From Aquimonas sp. (GTDB lineage Bacteria > Pseudomonadota > Gammaproteobacteria > Xanthomonadales > Xanthomonadaceae): a DNA stretch of 64,000 nt. Numbering within the stretch: the stretch's first letter is position 1; every line of letters begins with the position of its first letter. Location: positions 9,242 through 73,241 of the forward strand of contig JAKOMQ010000020.1 in assembly GCA_022241605.1 (NCBI GenBank). Reading direction: 5' to 3'. Both the position numbers and the translations under genes were made by a program. This document shows positions 1 to 14,800 of this stretch, piece by piece. A model generated the notes under the pieces. It was given only the letters and a program-made list of their open reading frames with translations, was not told the DNA's origin and searched no databases.

Positions 1-1482
1 CTCGATGGCGCCGCGGCGGCGGCGCTGGGCCGCCAGCACGTGGAACAGCGCGTAGAGGCTTTCCACGTGCGGCAGCACGCCGCCGAGCTGGGCGCGGGCG
101 GCCTCGTCGCGCTCGCCCACGGCATCCCAGACCTGGGTGTAGGTGAGCCGCGCGTGCGAGCGCATCACCGCCTCGTAGAAGCTCGACTTGACCACCTCGC
201 CTTCGGCATCGATGCGCATGTCGCAGACGAAGCACATGCGGTCGACCTTGGGGTTCAGCGAGCAGATGCCGTTTGACAGGGTCTCCGGCAGCATCGGCAC
301 CACATAGCCGGGGAAATATACCGAGGTCGCGCGCTTCTGGGCCTCGTCGTCGAGGGCGGTGCCTGGGCGTACGTAGTGGGAGACATCGGCAATCGCCACC
401 ACCAGCCGGTAGCCGTTGCGGGTGGCTTCGCAATACACGGCGTCGTCGAAGTCGCGAGCGGTTTCGCCGTCGATGGTGACCAGCGGCATTTCGCGCAGGT
501 CGACGCGGCCGTCCAGCTCGTCGGCGCCCACTTCAAGACGCACGCCGGTGGCCTGCTCCAGCACTTCGGGCGGCCAGATGTGCGGGATGTCGTGGCCGTG
601 GATGGCCATCTCCACCGCCAGCGAGGCGGTCAGCGCTTCGCCCAGGGTGGTGAGGATGCGGCCCAGCGGCAGCCGGTTGGAGGAGGGCGGCTGGGTGATC
701 TCGCAGACCACGATCTGGCCGCTGCGGGCTTCGCCGCGCGCGCTGGGCGGGATCAGGATCTCCTGGTGCAGGCGGCGGTCGTCCGGCACCACGCTGGCGA
801 TGCCATCGCTTTCCTGGAAGCGGCCCACCAGGCGCTGGGTGCGGCGCTCCAGCACTTCGACGATGGCGCCTTCCGGGCGGCCGCGGCGGTCGAGCCCGGT
901 GATGCTGACCAGCACGCGGTCGCCGTGCAGCACCTGGCGCATCTGCATCGGCGGCAGGAACACATCGTCGCCGCGCGAATCGGGGCGCAGGAAGCCGAAG
1001 CCATCGGCATTGGCCAGCACCACGCCGGGGATCAGGTCGAGCTTTTTGGCCGGCGCATAGCCGCCGCGGCGATTCACCAGCAGCTGGCCGTCGCGCAGCA
1101 TGGCGCGCAGGCGCTTGCCCAGCGCGTCGAAGCGCTCGGGCGCGGTCAGCTGCAGATCGGCGGCAAGGTTCTCGGCGGTGACCGGCTCACCCTGGGATTC
1201 CAGGTGGGCGAGGATGGCCTCGCGGCTGGGGATGGGGGTGTCGTAGCGGCTGGCTTCGCGCTCGGCATAGGGATCGACCACGGGCGGGCGCTGCGGCGCG
1301 CCCTTGGCGCCGTGTTTGCGCGGCCGCGGCAGCACGTCGCTGGCCGATACCGGTGCCGGCGGCGGCAGGTCGGGCAGCCAGGGCGCAGCCTTGCGGCTGG
1401 GCTTGCCGGCGCGGGCGGGGGACTTGCCCGGCGTGCTGCCGGGGACCTTCGGGGGCTTGTTCTTGCTGGGGCGTTTGCTCAT
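1..1482 (-). CDS. rnr: Ribonuclease R (5' part; runs off the window start)
   Basis: Minus frame from ATG at 1482 reads MSKRPSKNK...DPYAEREASRYDTPIPSREAIL and later contains the RNB motif VTIDGETARDFDDAV and VAIADVS; lies divergent from tRNA-Leu. Confidence 0.93.
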   Translation of the reverse strand, partial: MSKRPSKNKPPKVPGSTPGKSPARAGKPSRKAAPWLPDLPPPAPVSASDVLPRPRKHGAKGAPQRPPVVDPYAEREASRYDTPIPSREAILAHLESQGEPVTAENLAADLQLTAPERFDALGKRLRAMLRDGQLLVNRRGGYAPAKKLDLIPGVVLANADGFGFLRPDSRGDDVFLPPMQMRQVLHGDRVLVSITGLDRRGRPEGAIVEVLERRTQRLVGRFQESDGIASVVPDDRRLHQEILIPPSARGEARSGQIVVCEITQPPSSNRLPLGRILTTLGEALTASLAVEMAIHGHDIPHIWPPEVLEQATGVRLEVGADELDGRVDLREMPLVTIDGETARDFDDAVYCEATRNGYRLVVAIADVSHYVRPGTALDDEAQKRATSVYFPGYVVPMLPETLSNGICSLNPKVDRMCFVCDMRIDAEGEVVKSSFYEAVMRSHARLTYTQVWDAVGERDEAARAQLGGVLPHVESLYALFHVLAAQRRRRGAIE

Positions 1483-1603
1483 GTGGGCATGGTACACCGA
1501 GGCCGGCGCTTAGCCCTCCAGCCCCGTTGACAGCCGGAAGGGCGATCCGTAAAGTGTACGGCTCTTCGATGCAGAGCTGCGAAGCACGCATCGCAGAGCA
1601 CCT

Positions 1604-1688
<85 letters not shown>

Positions 1689-1693
1689 GATTG

Positions 1694-1735
1694 AAACGCA
1701 AAAGACCCGCTCGCGAGAGCGGGTCTTTTGCGTTT
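1694..1735. terminator. Intrinsic terminator (bidirectional-type) after tRNA-Leu
   Basis: AAACGCAAAAGACCCGCTC-GCGA-GAGCGGGTCTTTTGCGTTT perfect hairpin with T tracts. Confidence 0.85.
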
Positions 1736-1842
1736 TGGGCGGCGCAAAGGGCCGCTGTGTCGCACCTCCTGAAGGGCGGGCGACGGTGGGCCAGCGGGCC
1801 TGCGATGAATCACCCACACATCGCTCCCATGGGCTGTAACTT

Positions 1843-1914
1843 GGCGTAGCGGCGTAGCGGCGTAGCGGCGTAGCGGCGTAGTGGCCCAGCGGCCCAGCGG
1901 CCCAGCGGCCCAGC
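1843..1914. repeat. Compound 8-bp tandem repeat (GGCGTAGC)x5 + (GGCCCAGC)x4
   Basis: Read directly; the fifth unit is GGCGTAGT. Confidence 0.9.
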
Positions 1915-1934
1915 GCCGAGGATTTGCCTCTGCC

Positions 1935-2309
1935 CCGATGACTCCCGCCGCATTGGCCCTTCGTGCTCGCCTCAGGAAGCCGTATTGCTGACCGTCTGAT
2001 CGGTAGGCGACAGCGACAGGAGTGAGCGCTGAGCGGACGACGGTGCGCCAAGGCACACCCTATAGAAGCGGGGCGCGGGCGGTTCACGGATCGCGCCGTG
2101 GCCTGTGGTCGCAGCGCTTGGGGCTTGGTGCTGTGCCGATGACTCCCGCCGCATTGCCCCTTCGTGCTCGCCTCGGGAGCCGTGTTCCTGACCGTCTGAT
2201 CGGTAGACGACAGCGACAGGAGTGAGCGCTGAGCGGACGACGGTGCGCCAAGGCACACCCTATAGAAGCGGTGCGCGGGCGGTTCGCGGATCGCGCCGTG
2301 GTCTGTGGT
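1935..2309. repeat. Two ~175-bp direct repeats (period ~200 bp), each carrying a REP-like motif
   Basis: 1935-2109 and 2136-2309 are near identical (CCGATGACTCCCGCCGCATTG...GGATCGCGCCGTGG). Confidence 0.88.
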
Positions 2310-2381
2310 GGCACGGTGCGCAAAAGCGCAGCCATGCAGGGCGATGGCTCGGGTGGTTTATAGGGTGTGCCTTGGCGCACC
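2042..2381. repeat. REP-like motif GGTGCGCCAAGGCACACCCTAT at 2042-2063 and 2242-2263, inverted at 2360-2381 (also 55759-55780 and 56172-56193)
   Basis: Five identical 22-mers in the window; internal palindrome GGTG-CGCC-AA-GGC-A-CACC and an ATAG end resembling GTAG-family REPs. Confidence 0.8.
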
Positions 2382-2523
2382 GGCGCAACATCGAGGCCTT
2401 GTATCGGTCTCGTCCACGCGCGTTCCAAGGCCACTGTCATCGCGCCTCCGGCCGCCGCCCGGCCTTGCGCCGTTTCGTCATGTCCATGGGTTCGCGCTGG
2501 CCCCGATGCCGGCCTGCGGCTGA

Positions 2524-5039
<2,516 letters not shown>

Positions 5040-5064
5040 ATCCCAACGCTTCAAGGAGAGTGCG

Positions 5065-6141
5065 ATGAACGCGGTGCTGGCAGCGCAGGCCGAGCCCGGC
5101 CCCAAACGGATCGAACTGGTGCTGGTGGGCGCGCGTGGCCGGGTCGGCAGCGCCCTGCGCCAGCGCCTGGCCGCGCAGCGCACCGCGCTCAACGAGCATC
5201 TGGGCCTGGAGCTGCGCCTGCGCGCGGCCTACGACCGCCGCGGCCTGGCCGAATGCGAGCAGGGGCTTGACCCTGCGGGCGTGGAATCGGTGCTTTCACC
5301 ACGCCGGCCTGGCGACACCGACGCGCTGTGGCCGCGGCTTCACCGCGCCATCGTGATCGACTGCACCGCCAGCGACGAGATCGCCGGCGAGTATCCGCAG
5401 TGGCTGGCGCGCGGCTTTGCCATCGCCGCCGCCAACAAGCACGCCGGCGCGCGGCCCTTGGGCTTCTATCGAGACCTCCAGCAGCAGGCCGGACGCCAGC
5501 GCTGGCGCTACGAGACCACGGTGGGGGCGGCGATTCCGGTGCTGGGCCCGCTGCGTGATCTGCGCCTGCGCGGCGAGCCGGTGCTGGGCATCCGCGGCCT
5601 GCTGTCGGGCTCGCTGTCCTACCTGATGGGGCGCCTGCACGAGGGCGTGCGCTTCTCGCAGGCGGTGCTGGAGGCGCGTGACCTCGGCTATACCGAGCCG
5701 GATCCGCTGGAGGACCTGTCCGGCCAGGACGTGGCGCGCAAGCTGTTGATACTCGGCCGCGAGGCCGGTTTCGTATTGGAGCCGGAGCACATCGAGGTGC
5801 GCCCACTGAGCCCCCTGCGTGATGTGTCAGGGGCTGAATTGCAGGCCGCGCTGGCGGCCGAGGACGCCGCCTGGGCCGAGCGGGTGCGCTCGGCCCAGGC
5901 GCGCGGCGAGCGGCTGGTGGTGGTGGGCGAGGTCGACGCCCGCGGCGGCCGCGTCGGCGTGCAGTCACTGCCAAACAGCGATGCCCTCGCCGGCGCGCGC
6001 CCGCGCGAGAACGTGCTGGAGATCCGCACCGAGCTTCAGCAGCAGCCCCCGCTGACGCTGCGCGGCCCCGGCGCCGGCGCTGAAGTCACCGCCGCCGGCG
6101 TGTTCAGCGACGTGGTGGCTGCAGCGCTTGCGCTGGGGTGA
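5065..6141 (+). CDS. hom: Homoserine dehydrogenase (stand-alone)
   Basis: IDCTAS, AANK, RYETTVGAAIP, GYTEPDPLEDLSGQDVARKLLIL, GPGAGAEVTAAGVFSD; RBS AAGGAG before ATG 5065. Confidence 0.9.
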   Translation: MNAVLAAQAEPGPKRIELVLVGARGRVGSALRQRLAAQRTALNEHLGLELRLRAAYDRRGLAECEQGLDPAGVESVLSPRRPGDTDALWPRLHRAIVIDCTASDEIAGEYPQWLARGFAIAAANKHAGARPLGFYRDLQQQAGRQRWRYETTVGAAIPVLGPLRDLRLRGEPVLGIRGLLSGSLSYLMGRLHEGVRFSQAVLEARDLGYTEPDPLEDLSGQDVARKLLILGREAGFVLEPEHIEVRPLSPLRDVSGAELQAALAAEDAAWAERVRSAQARGERLVVVGEVDARGGRVGVQSLPNSDALAGARPRENVLEIRTELQQQPPLTLRGPGAGAEVTAAGVFSDVVAAALALG

Positions 6142-6202
6142 GGAATGACCCCGGCAGGTGCGACGGCGTGGCGCTGCCCAAGGGCGCTCTATGGGCAATG
6201 TC

Positions 6203-7633
6203 TCAAGAGCTTGGCTGCGCGCTGACGAGGGGCAGCCAGTTTCGTTCGGTCGGCTGCCTGGGCTCCCGCAGTTCGATGGAAATCGAGCGCTGATCAGCCG
6301 CGAGCAGAATTGGGCGCCGGCCCTCTCGCCGGGCATTCAGCCCCGCCACCGCTGCGCGCAGGTCCTCACCCCGCAGGGCTGGCTGCCGCAGCGCCAGCGA
6401 TGCAGAAAACAACTCCGACATCGCGGCATCATCCTGCGCGCGTCCCAGGTAGCTGGCGTGCATGGGCGCCTGCATTCCTTCGGTCAGCATGGATGCGAAC
6501 GTACAGCTGGCGATCGCCGAAAGACACTGCAGCCGCTCCGGCCAGGTGGTCGACTCGGAGCGGCCCGGCTCGATGGGTCGGTCCGAGGCTGCCTGTGCCT
6601 GCAGATCCGGCTGGCAGTAAGGCGCGAACGCGCCTGCGCGGAGGTGGACCTCCAGCTCGGGACTGCGCAGCAGCGACTCGGGATTGAACCCGCGGGAGTG
6701 GTGGGGCGCCCCATCGAGAACCAGCGTATCGAAGGCCTGAGTGAGGCGGAACTCGCCCTGCATCGTAGTGCAGAGGTTGCTCAACTCGGCGCCCGGAGAT
6801 TCGATGAGCTGTTGACAGTCGCTTGGCAAGGCAAAGCTTGGATCGGCCAGCGCGAGCAAGTCAGCGGTGAGGTGAGCGCTGTCCCGCATCAGGCGCTGCG
6901 CCATCGACCGCGTAATCAGGTGGTTTGCGGCCTGCGCATGGCGTTGCCCTGCAGCGTGCAGGCGGCAGCCCAAGGCCAGGCCCGCTATCGGGTAATCGCC
7001 CCACAGCAGAGCGGCATCTGTCAGCAGAAGAGTGATCGGTAACACGCTGGGCGGCATGCCCAACATCGTGACCGTCGGGATGTCCTCGGGAATGTTCGAG
7101 TGTGCGGTGTCCGCCAGTGCACGCAGGCGCTCGCGCAGCGCCGGGTGCGCGGCCCATTGTGTGGCCAGCGTATCCAGCTGTTTCACCCCATCGGCACTAC
7201 AGCCGCCGGGGGCGCGGATGCACTCCAGCTGCGGCAAATCGCGAAGCTCGATCCGCTCGGCGAAGCTCGTCAGTGGGCTCTCGAACGTGGGTGGAGGGTT
7301 GTCACTGCCGGCAGCTCCGGGCGCCTGCAAGGTTCCCGCCATGTGCGTACGGAGTGCATCCTCATACGCCAGCAGTGCGTGCCATTCCGCGGCCCAGGCA
7401 GCCTCCTGCTGCTCCGGATCGAGGTCGTAGCCCAGCAGCCGCAGGGCAGGCCAGGCGCTGCCCTCCTGCGGTGGCGAGGGCTGCGTCATCAAGGCCAGAG
7501 CCTCCCGCTGCTCGGGCGTGGGGATAAGCGTGCGCCCAATGAACATCAGCACGAGCAGGAGCGCGAGCAGCACCCCCAGCAGCAGCACGAATCGATTCAG
7601 CCAGAATGAAACGTCGGCTCGGCGCAAACCCAT
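6203..7633 (-). CDS. Hypothetical membrane-anchored protein
   Basis: 476-aa ORF with RBS-like GGAGA upstream, N-terminal hydrophobic helix, and several Cys in the soluble part. Confidence 0.7.
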   Translation of the reverse strand: MGLRRADVSFWLNRFVLLLGVLLALLLVLMFIGRTLIPTPEQREALALMTQPSPPQEGSAWPALRLLGYDLDPEQQEAAWAAEWHALLAYEDALRTHMAGTLQAPGAAGSDNPPPTFESPLTSFAERIELRDLPQLECIRAPGGCSADGVKQLDTLATQWAAHPALRERLRALADTAHSNIPEDIPTVTMLGMPPSVLPITLLLTDAALLWGDYPIAGLALGCRLHAAGQRHAQAANHLITRSMAQRLMRDSAHLTADLLALADPSFALPSDCQQLIESPGAELSNLCTTMQGEFRLTQAFDTLVLDGAPHHSRGFNPESLLRSPELEVHLRAGAFAPYCQPDLQAQAASDRPIEPGRSESTTWPERLQCLSAIASCTFASMLTEGMQAPMHASYLGRAQDDAAMSELFSASLALRQPALRGEDLRAAVAGLNARREGRRPILLAADQRSISIELREPRQPTERNWLPLVSAQPSS

Positions 7634-7718
7634 GGAACACTCTCCTGAAGGTCAATGCGGCCACCGACGTCCGGCGCCAGCCGGCGTGACGCGATTGTGC
7701 GCGGGCGGGCGCAGCTGC

Positions 7719-9132
<1,414 letters not shown>

Positions 9133-9196
9133 CGGCGAAGAGCTGGCTTCAGGGCGCTGGTAGCATAGGCGGAACTTTCACGCGCTACCCAAGGCC

Positions 9197-9604
9197 ATGC
9201 AGAATTTCGAGCAGATCCGCGCCCACGTCCTCGCCGGCTACACGGTGTCCCGCAACGAGCCATATTTGATCGGCATCGAGCTCACCCTGAACCACGGGGC
9301 TCGCCACCAGGGCCTGTTCCTGACCGAACTTGAGGACGAGGACGGCCGCAAGTATCTGCGCGTCAGCACTGCCCTGGCGCCCACCACCGGTATCGATGCC
9401 AAGCGCGCGCTTGCGTTCAACTGGGAGCAGCGCGTCGGCTACCTCGCCATCTCCGAACTCGATGGCCTGACCTACCTGCAGCTTTGCGAGAACCGCCCGC
9501 TGTCGGGGCTCACTCCCGCCGAGGTGGATCGGCTGGTGCTGGAGATCGGCGGCCTCGGCGACCGTCTGGAGCAGGCGCTGTCGGCGGGCGGTGATTTGTT
9601 CTGA
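9197..9604 (+). CDS. Hypothetical protein, possibly CesT/YbjN chaperone-like fold
   Basis: 135-aa acidic ORF with typical codon usage; the fold is a guess from size and pattern. Confidence 0.65.
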   Translation: MQNFEQIRAHVLAGYTVSRNEPYLIGIELTLNHGARHQGLFLTELEDEDGRKYLRVSTALAPTTGIDAKRALAFNWEQRVGYLAISELDGLTYLQLCENRPLSGLTPAEVDRLVLEIGGLGDRLEQALSAGGDLF

Positions 9605-9788
9605 TTGCAGCAGCCAGGGCTGCCGATTCGCAGCGTGCGCCACGCATGTCGCGGCTCGGTTCCCGGGGGGCGGGCTCGGGGATTACCGTGCGTAGTGTGA
9701 TCGATGGCCCGCTGCCAAAGGCAGGCAGCGGTCATCACGCGATCGGATCCAGAGTCCTCGCTCCCGGCTGTCGGAACCGGCGCGCGCT

Positions 9789-11459
9789 CTAGTAGGCGCT
9801 CTCATGCACCGCCTGCACCGCGCGGCCGGAGGGGTCGAGGATGTTCTTGAGGCTGGCATCCCACTCCAGCGCGGCGGCGGTGGAGCAGGCTACCGAAGGC
9901 CCGCCGGGCACGCACTCCGCAGCCCAGTCCTGCGGGTAGTGCCGCTCGAAGATCTCGCGGTAGAAGTAGGCTTCCTTGCTGACCGGAGTGTTGTAAGGGA
10001 AGCGGAACTTGGCGCTTTCCATCTGGGCGTCGCTGACCTGCTGCGCCGCATGTGCCTTGAGTGAGTCGATCCAGCTGTAGCCGACGCCGTCTGAGAACTG
10101 CTCCTTCTGCCGCCACAGCACGCTGTCCGGCAGATAGCCGGCAAACGCCTCGCGCAGGAACTGCTTCTCGATGCGGCCGCGCTGCTTGCCCGAGAGCTTG
10201 ACCTCGGGGTTCAGCGACATCGCAATGTCAATGAACGTACGGTCGAGGAAGGGCACGCGCGCTTCCACGCCCCAGGCTGACATCGACTTGTTGGCGCGCA
10301 GGCAGTCGAACAGGTGCAGGGCGTCCAGCTTGCGCACGGTTTCCTCGTGCAGGGCCTCGGCATTCGGCGCCTTGTGGAAATACAGATAGCCACCGAACAG
10401 TTCATCCGAGCCCTCGCCGGAGAGCACCATCTTGATGCCCATGGCGCGGATGCGGCGCGCCATCAGATACATCGGGGTGGACGCGCGGATCGTCGTCACG
10501 TCGTAGGTTTCGAGGTGGTAGATGACATCCGACAGGGCGTCGATGCCTTCCTGCACGGTGAAGTGGAATTCGTGATGCACCGTGCCGATATGCGCGGCAA
10601 CCTCGCGCGCGGCCTTGAGGTCCGGCGACTCTTGCAGGCCCACCGCGAAGCTGTGCAGCTGCGGCCACCAGGCTTCGGTCTTTTCGTCTTCCTCGACCCG
10701 GCGCGCGGCATACTTCTTGGCGATCGCCGCGACCAGCGAAGAGTCCAGTCCGCCCGAAAGCAGCACGCCATAGGGCACGTCGCTCATCATGTGCGACTTG
10801 ACAGCGTTCTCGAAGGCCGCGCGCAGGGCGGCACGGTCGGTGGGGCCGTTTTTCACTGCATCGAATTCGCGCCAGCCGGGCTGGTAATAGCGCGTGGGTT
10901 CGGCATCGCCGCGTGCCCAGTAGTGGCCGGGCGGGAACTCGCGCGCCTCCTTGCAGACCGGAGCCAGCGCCTTGAGCTCGGAGGCGAAGTACAGGTTGCC
11001 GTGGGCGTCGTGGCCGTAATACAGCGGAATGATGCCGATCGGATCGCGCGCGACCAGCCATTGGTTTTTTGCGTCGTCCCACAGCACGAAGGCGAACATC
11101 CCCTCCAGCTGGTTGAGGAAGTCGTGCCCGAACCTGGCGTACAGCGGCAGGATCACCTCGCAGTCGGAATGGGTCTGGAAGGCGTAATCGGCCTCCAGCG
11201 CCGCCCGCAGCTGGCGGTGGTTGTAGATCTCGCCGTTGACCGCCAGCGCCTGTGTGCCATCGGGCGACAGCAGCGGCTGGGCGCCGGAATCCACGCCAAC
11301 GATGGCCAGGCGCTCGTGCACCAGGATCGCGCGCTCATTGGCGTACACGCCCGACCAGTCCGGGCCGCGGTGGCGCATGCGGCGGGAGAGGTCCAGCGCT
11401 TGCGTGCGCAGGGTGGCCGGGTCGGAGCGCAGATCGAGGATGCCGAGGATGGAGCACAT
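9789..11459 (-). CDS. asnB: Asparagine synthetase B (glutamine-hydrolysing)
   Basis: N-terminal MC (Ntn amidotransferase), RHRGPD, NGEIYNH, LLSGGLDSS, SGEGSDE, RVPFLD. Confidence 0.96.
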   Translation of the reverse strand: MCSILGILDLRSDPATLRTQALDLSRRMRHRGPDWSGVYANERAILVHERLAIVGVDSGAQPLLSPDGTQALAVNGEIYNHRQLRAALEADYAFQTHSDCEVILPLYARFGHDFLNQLEGMFAFVLWDDAKNQWLVARDPIGIIPLYYGHDAHGNLYFASELKALAPVCKEAREFPPGHYWARGDAEPTRYYQPGWREFDAVKNGPTDRAALRAAFENAVKSHMMSDVPYGVLLSGGLDSSLVAAIAKKYAARRVEEDEKTEAWWPQLHSFAVGLQESPDLKAAREVAAHIGTVHHEFHFTVQEGIDALSDVIYHLETYDVTTIRASTPMYLMARRIRAMGIKMVLSGEGSDELFGGYLYFHKAPNAEALHEETVRKLDALHLFDCLRANKSMSAWGVEARVPFLDRTFIDIAMSLNPEVKLSGKQRGRIEKQFLREAFAGYLPDSVLWRQKEQFSDGVGYSWIDSLKAHAAQQVSDAQMESAKFRFPYNTPVSKEAYFYREIFERHYPQDWAAECVPGGPSVACSTAAALEWDASLKNILDPSGRAVQAVHESAY

Positions 11460-11574
11460 GGGGGGAAGGCTGCCGTGGGCTGAGGGACAAGCTCTCGATT
11501 CTATGCGAGTGCTTTCACGCGGCCTCAGCGGAAGCGGGGTGCGGACGCATTGGAATGCGCGGCACTTGCGCCAA

Positions 11575-11596
11575 AAGTGTGAATTGATCCACAGTC
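11575..11596. promoter_or_regulatory. Candidate CRP/Clp-family binding site
   Basis: AAG-TGTGA-ATTGAT-CCACA-GTC, one mismatch from the TGTGA-N6-TCACA core, in the divergent asnB / giant-gene spacer. Confidence 0.55.
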
Positions 11597-11839
11597 CGCC
11601 CGCGGTTGCAGAGGTGCCCGGATTCGTTCGGAGTGCGAAACAGCCGAAGGCATAGACCGGAGTATTCCGGGTTTGCGCCGGGGTGTGAGGGAGTTCTCCG
11701 CCTTTTTGCGATTGCTCTACATGAGGGGCGTATCCGGGGGGAGACCGGCGCGTCGAATCAGGGGGTAGGCCATCCGGGCCTGCTTGACTGCTCACCGGGG
11801 GGAGCACTTCTGCTCAGCCCCAGCTACGGGAAGCTCGGC

Positions 11840-14800
11840 GTGACCACTACTGGATTTTCTGCGGGTCGCCTCGGCGCGGCTGCGCTGTTTGCCGCGTTCA
11901 TGCTTGTCGCTGCCGGGCCGTTGAAGGCCCAGGCCAGTTTTTCCACCAGCACGCTGACAGGCCCCGCGACCTATACACCTGGCGCGGCCGCCGACCCCGA
12001 CTACATCCTTACGGTGATCAACAGCGGCACCGCAGCGGCGAGCCCCGTGGTGCAGGTGAGCTTTCCACCCGGTGTGAGTTTCACCTGGACATGCACCGCC
12101 AGCGGAGCGGGCAGCAGCTGCGCGGCGGCAAGCGGCGGCGCGCCCTTCAGCCCCGGGACAGGGCCGATTGGCGCCAGCGGCGGCAGCCTCGTTTACCGCT
12201 TTGAAGCCAGCTATGCGGCAAACCTCACCGATCCGAATCGCACGGTCACGGCGACGATCGATCCGGCGGGGGCAAACATCACCCGCAGCGTCGTCAGCAC
12301 GCGCGCCGCCCGCGCCGATCTCGCGGCCACCCTCTCGGCGCAGCAGGCCAGCTTCAGTTCGCCGGGGACGATCAACTACACGGCAACGCTGAGCAACGCG
12401 GGGCCGAGTGATGTGATCGGCGCCAATTTCAGTTTTACCTTTGCCCCGGCCGCCGGGGTCAACGTCACCGGCTGGTCCTGCACCTCCGAGAACGGCGCGG
12501 TTTGCCCGACAGCTGGGGGCAATCTGCCCAGTACCCTGGGCTTGAACGCGGGCGGCGAGTTGCGCTTCGCCATCACGGCCACCGTGACTGGCGCCTTCAG
12601 CGGAAGCACCTTGGGCGCCACCGCTGCGATCGCGGTACCGGCCGGCACCACCGATCCCACGCCAGCCAACAACAGCGCCACCGTGGGGCTGAACCGAAGC
12701 GTTGACCTGGCGCTCAGCTATACCGCCGGCACTACTGGCACCTATACCCCGGGCCTGGGCCTGAACGGCTTCGATCCGCAAAGCCTCAACCTGAGCCTGC
12801 AGAACCTGGGCGCGGTGCAGGCCACGCAGGTGGTGGTCAACCTGCCGTTGCCGGCAGAGGTGAGCAGCGCGACCCTGCGCTGTGCCGTTACCGCGCAGTG
12901 CGGCAGCGCCACCGCGAACGGCGGCAGCACCCTGAGCCTGAGTGTGGGCACGCTGCCGGGCACCCAGAGCCGGGCGCTGGTGCTGGAACTCGCCTACGCC
13001 AGCGGCGCGCAGGCTCCCAGCCTGTCGCTTGCTGCGTCTGCCGTCGCCGCTGAAGCGGACGGCAATGCCGCCAACAACAGCCAGACCCGTGTCGCCACCC
13101 TCGATCGACGCGCTCGGATCGGCCTGGAAAAGTCCAGCAACGTCAGCGTGATTGGCCCGGGTGAGAACTTCGAATACGCCATCGTGGTGCGTAATTTCGG
13201 CCCCAGCGATGTCGGCAATCTGCTGGACGGTTCCGGTAACCCGGCTGAGGCCGGCATCCTCCTGGATGACGTGTTTCCGTCCGGGCTGGTTCGTAGCCTT
13301 GCTCCGGGCGTTTGCCCGCCGAGCGTAGACAACCTTCCGTGCTGGCGCGCCTGCCCGTCCGATCAGGGCGTGTCGGGCCAGTACAGCGGTGAGATCTGCC
13401 CAGTGCAGCCGCTTGCCGGCACCGGCAATATCCAGACGCTGCCTTTCCGCCTGAGTGCGGGCAGTCGCTCGCTTGTGCAGGTGTTCGCCCGCGCCGCCCC
13501 CAGCGCCTCCGGCACTCTGGTGAATACTGCCCAGGCGCGCCTGGAGGCTTCTACCGTGACTGCGGTGGCGCCGGTCAACACTGGCTGCGCGCCGGAGGCG
13601 CCGGCCACGGCCTGCGCCTCCGACAGCCTGCCGGTGCAGGCCAGCGTGGATATTGGCGTCTCGATCCCCACGCCTGCGCTGACCGCGGTGCCGGGGCTGG
13701 AGCACAGCTACCAGCTCAATGTGGAAAATCTGAGCAACCTCGGCAGCAACAATGTTCGCGTGCTGGCGGCGCTTCCCTTGCTGGTGGCCGATGGTGACGC
13801 GGGCTTCGCGCCGGGCAGCGGTCGCTGGTTCTGCGAGGCCTTCAACGGTGCCTGCTGCAACACCAACAGCAGCGTCTGCGGCACCGCCGGGCCGACGCCG
13901 GTCGTGCAGGCCGACAACCTCGACCGCGGCGTCGACCTGCCGCCGCAGGCAAGCGTGCGTTTCACGTTCATCGGCAGGGTTGATCCAAGAGCGCTGGGTA
14001 CGTTGAACATGAGCGTGCAGGCTCAGCCCACTGGCATCGCGGATCCCAATACCGCCAACAACTCCGCCACCGACTCTTCGACCGTGCTCAATGCGCTGGG
14101 TCAGCTGTCGATCATCAAGGTGCTGGACAACCTGGAGCCGGTTGTTGAGGGCAGCGATGAAGCACCGTTCAAGCTTTCGTACCGGATCGAGGCCAGCAAT
14201 GCAGGCCCCAGCGTGGTGCGTGGCGCGCAGCTGCGCGACCTGCTGATCAGTCCGCTGCTGGACGCGGGCACCGCGAGCTGGAGCTGTGAGGCCTTGCCGT
14301 CGACAGGTGCCACAGGCTGCGCCGTGGCGAGCGGTACGGGAGCACCGGATGTAGAAGTTCGTCTGGATCCGGGTGGGACGGTGCGTCTTAGCCTGCAGGT
14401 GGACACCCTCGACACGGCCGTGGGGCAGGTCGTCAATACGGCCGCTATCGAGGCGGGCACCGCCGGTCGTGCGGAAACAACGCTTGTGTCCGGCCTGTCC
14501 GGCGAGGCGGACCTGGGAGTCAGCCTGACCGATGGCCAGCCGTCGGCGGTCCCGGGCCAGCGCCTGCAGTACACCCTCGAGGTGCAAAACCGGGGGCGCG
14601 ACGACGTGTTCGGTGCCCGCGTGATCGACCGCCTGCCGGCTGAACTGGAGGACATCAGCTGGAGCTGTAGCGCCACTACGCCGATTCCTGGCGACCTCGC
14701 GGTGCAGGGCAGCGCTGCTGTGCCCGGCGCGCGGCCCGACGCGGTGCTGATGTCGTTGGATGGCCGCCATGCCTATATGGCGCTGGGCGCGGGCAATTCC

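Noticed and set aside
1935-2381. Possible CRISPR array
   Set aside because: The regions between the 22-bp motifs are themselves duplicated or far too long for spacers, one copy is inverted, and there are no cas genes
11460-11839. N-terminal extensions of asnB (to 11807) and of the giant ORF (from 11606)
   Set aside because: AsnB needs Cys at position 2, and the giant protein's signal peptide starts near 11840; the overlap is divergent promoter DNA
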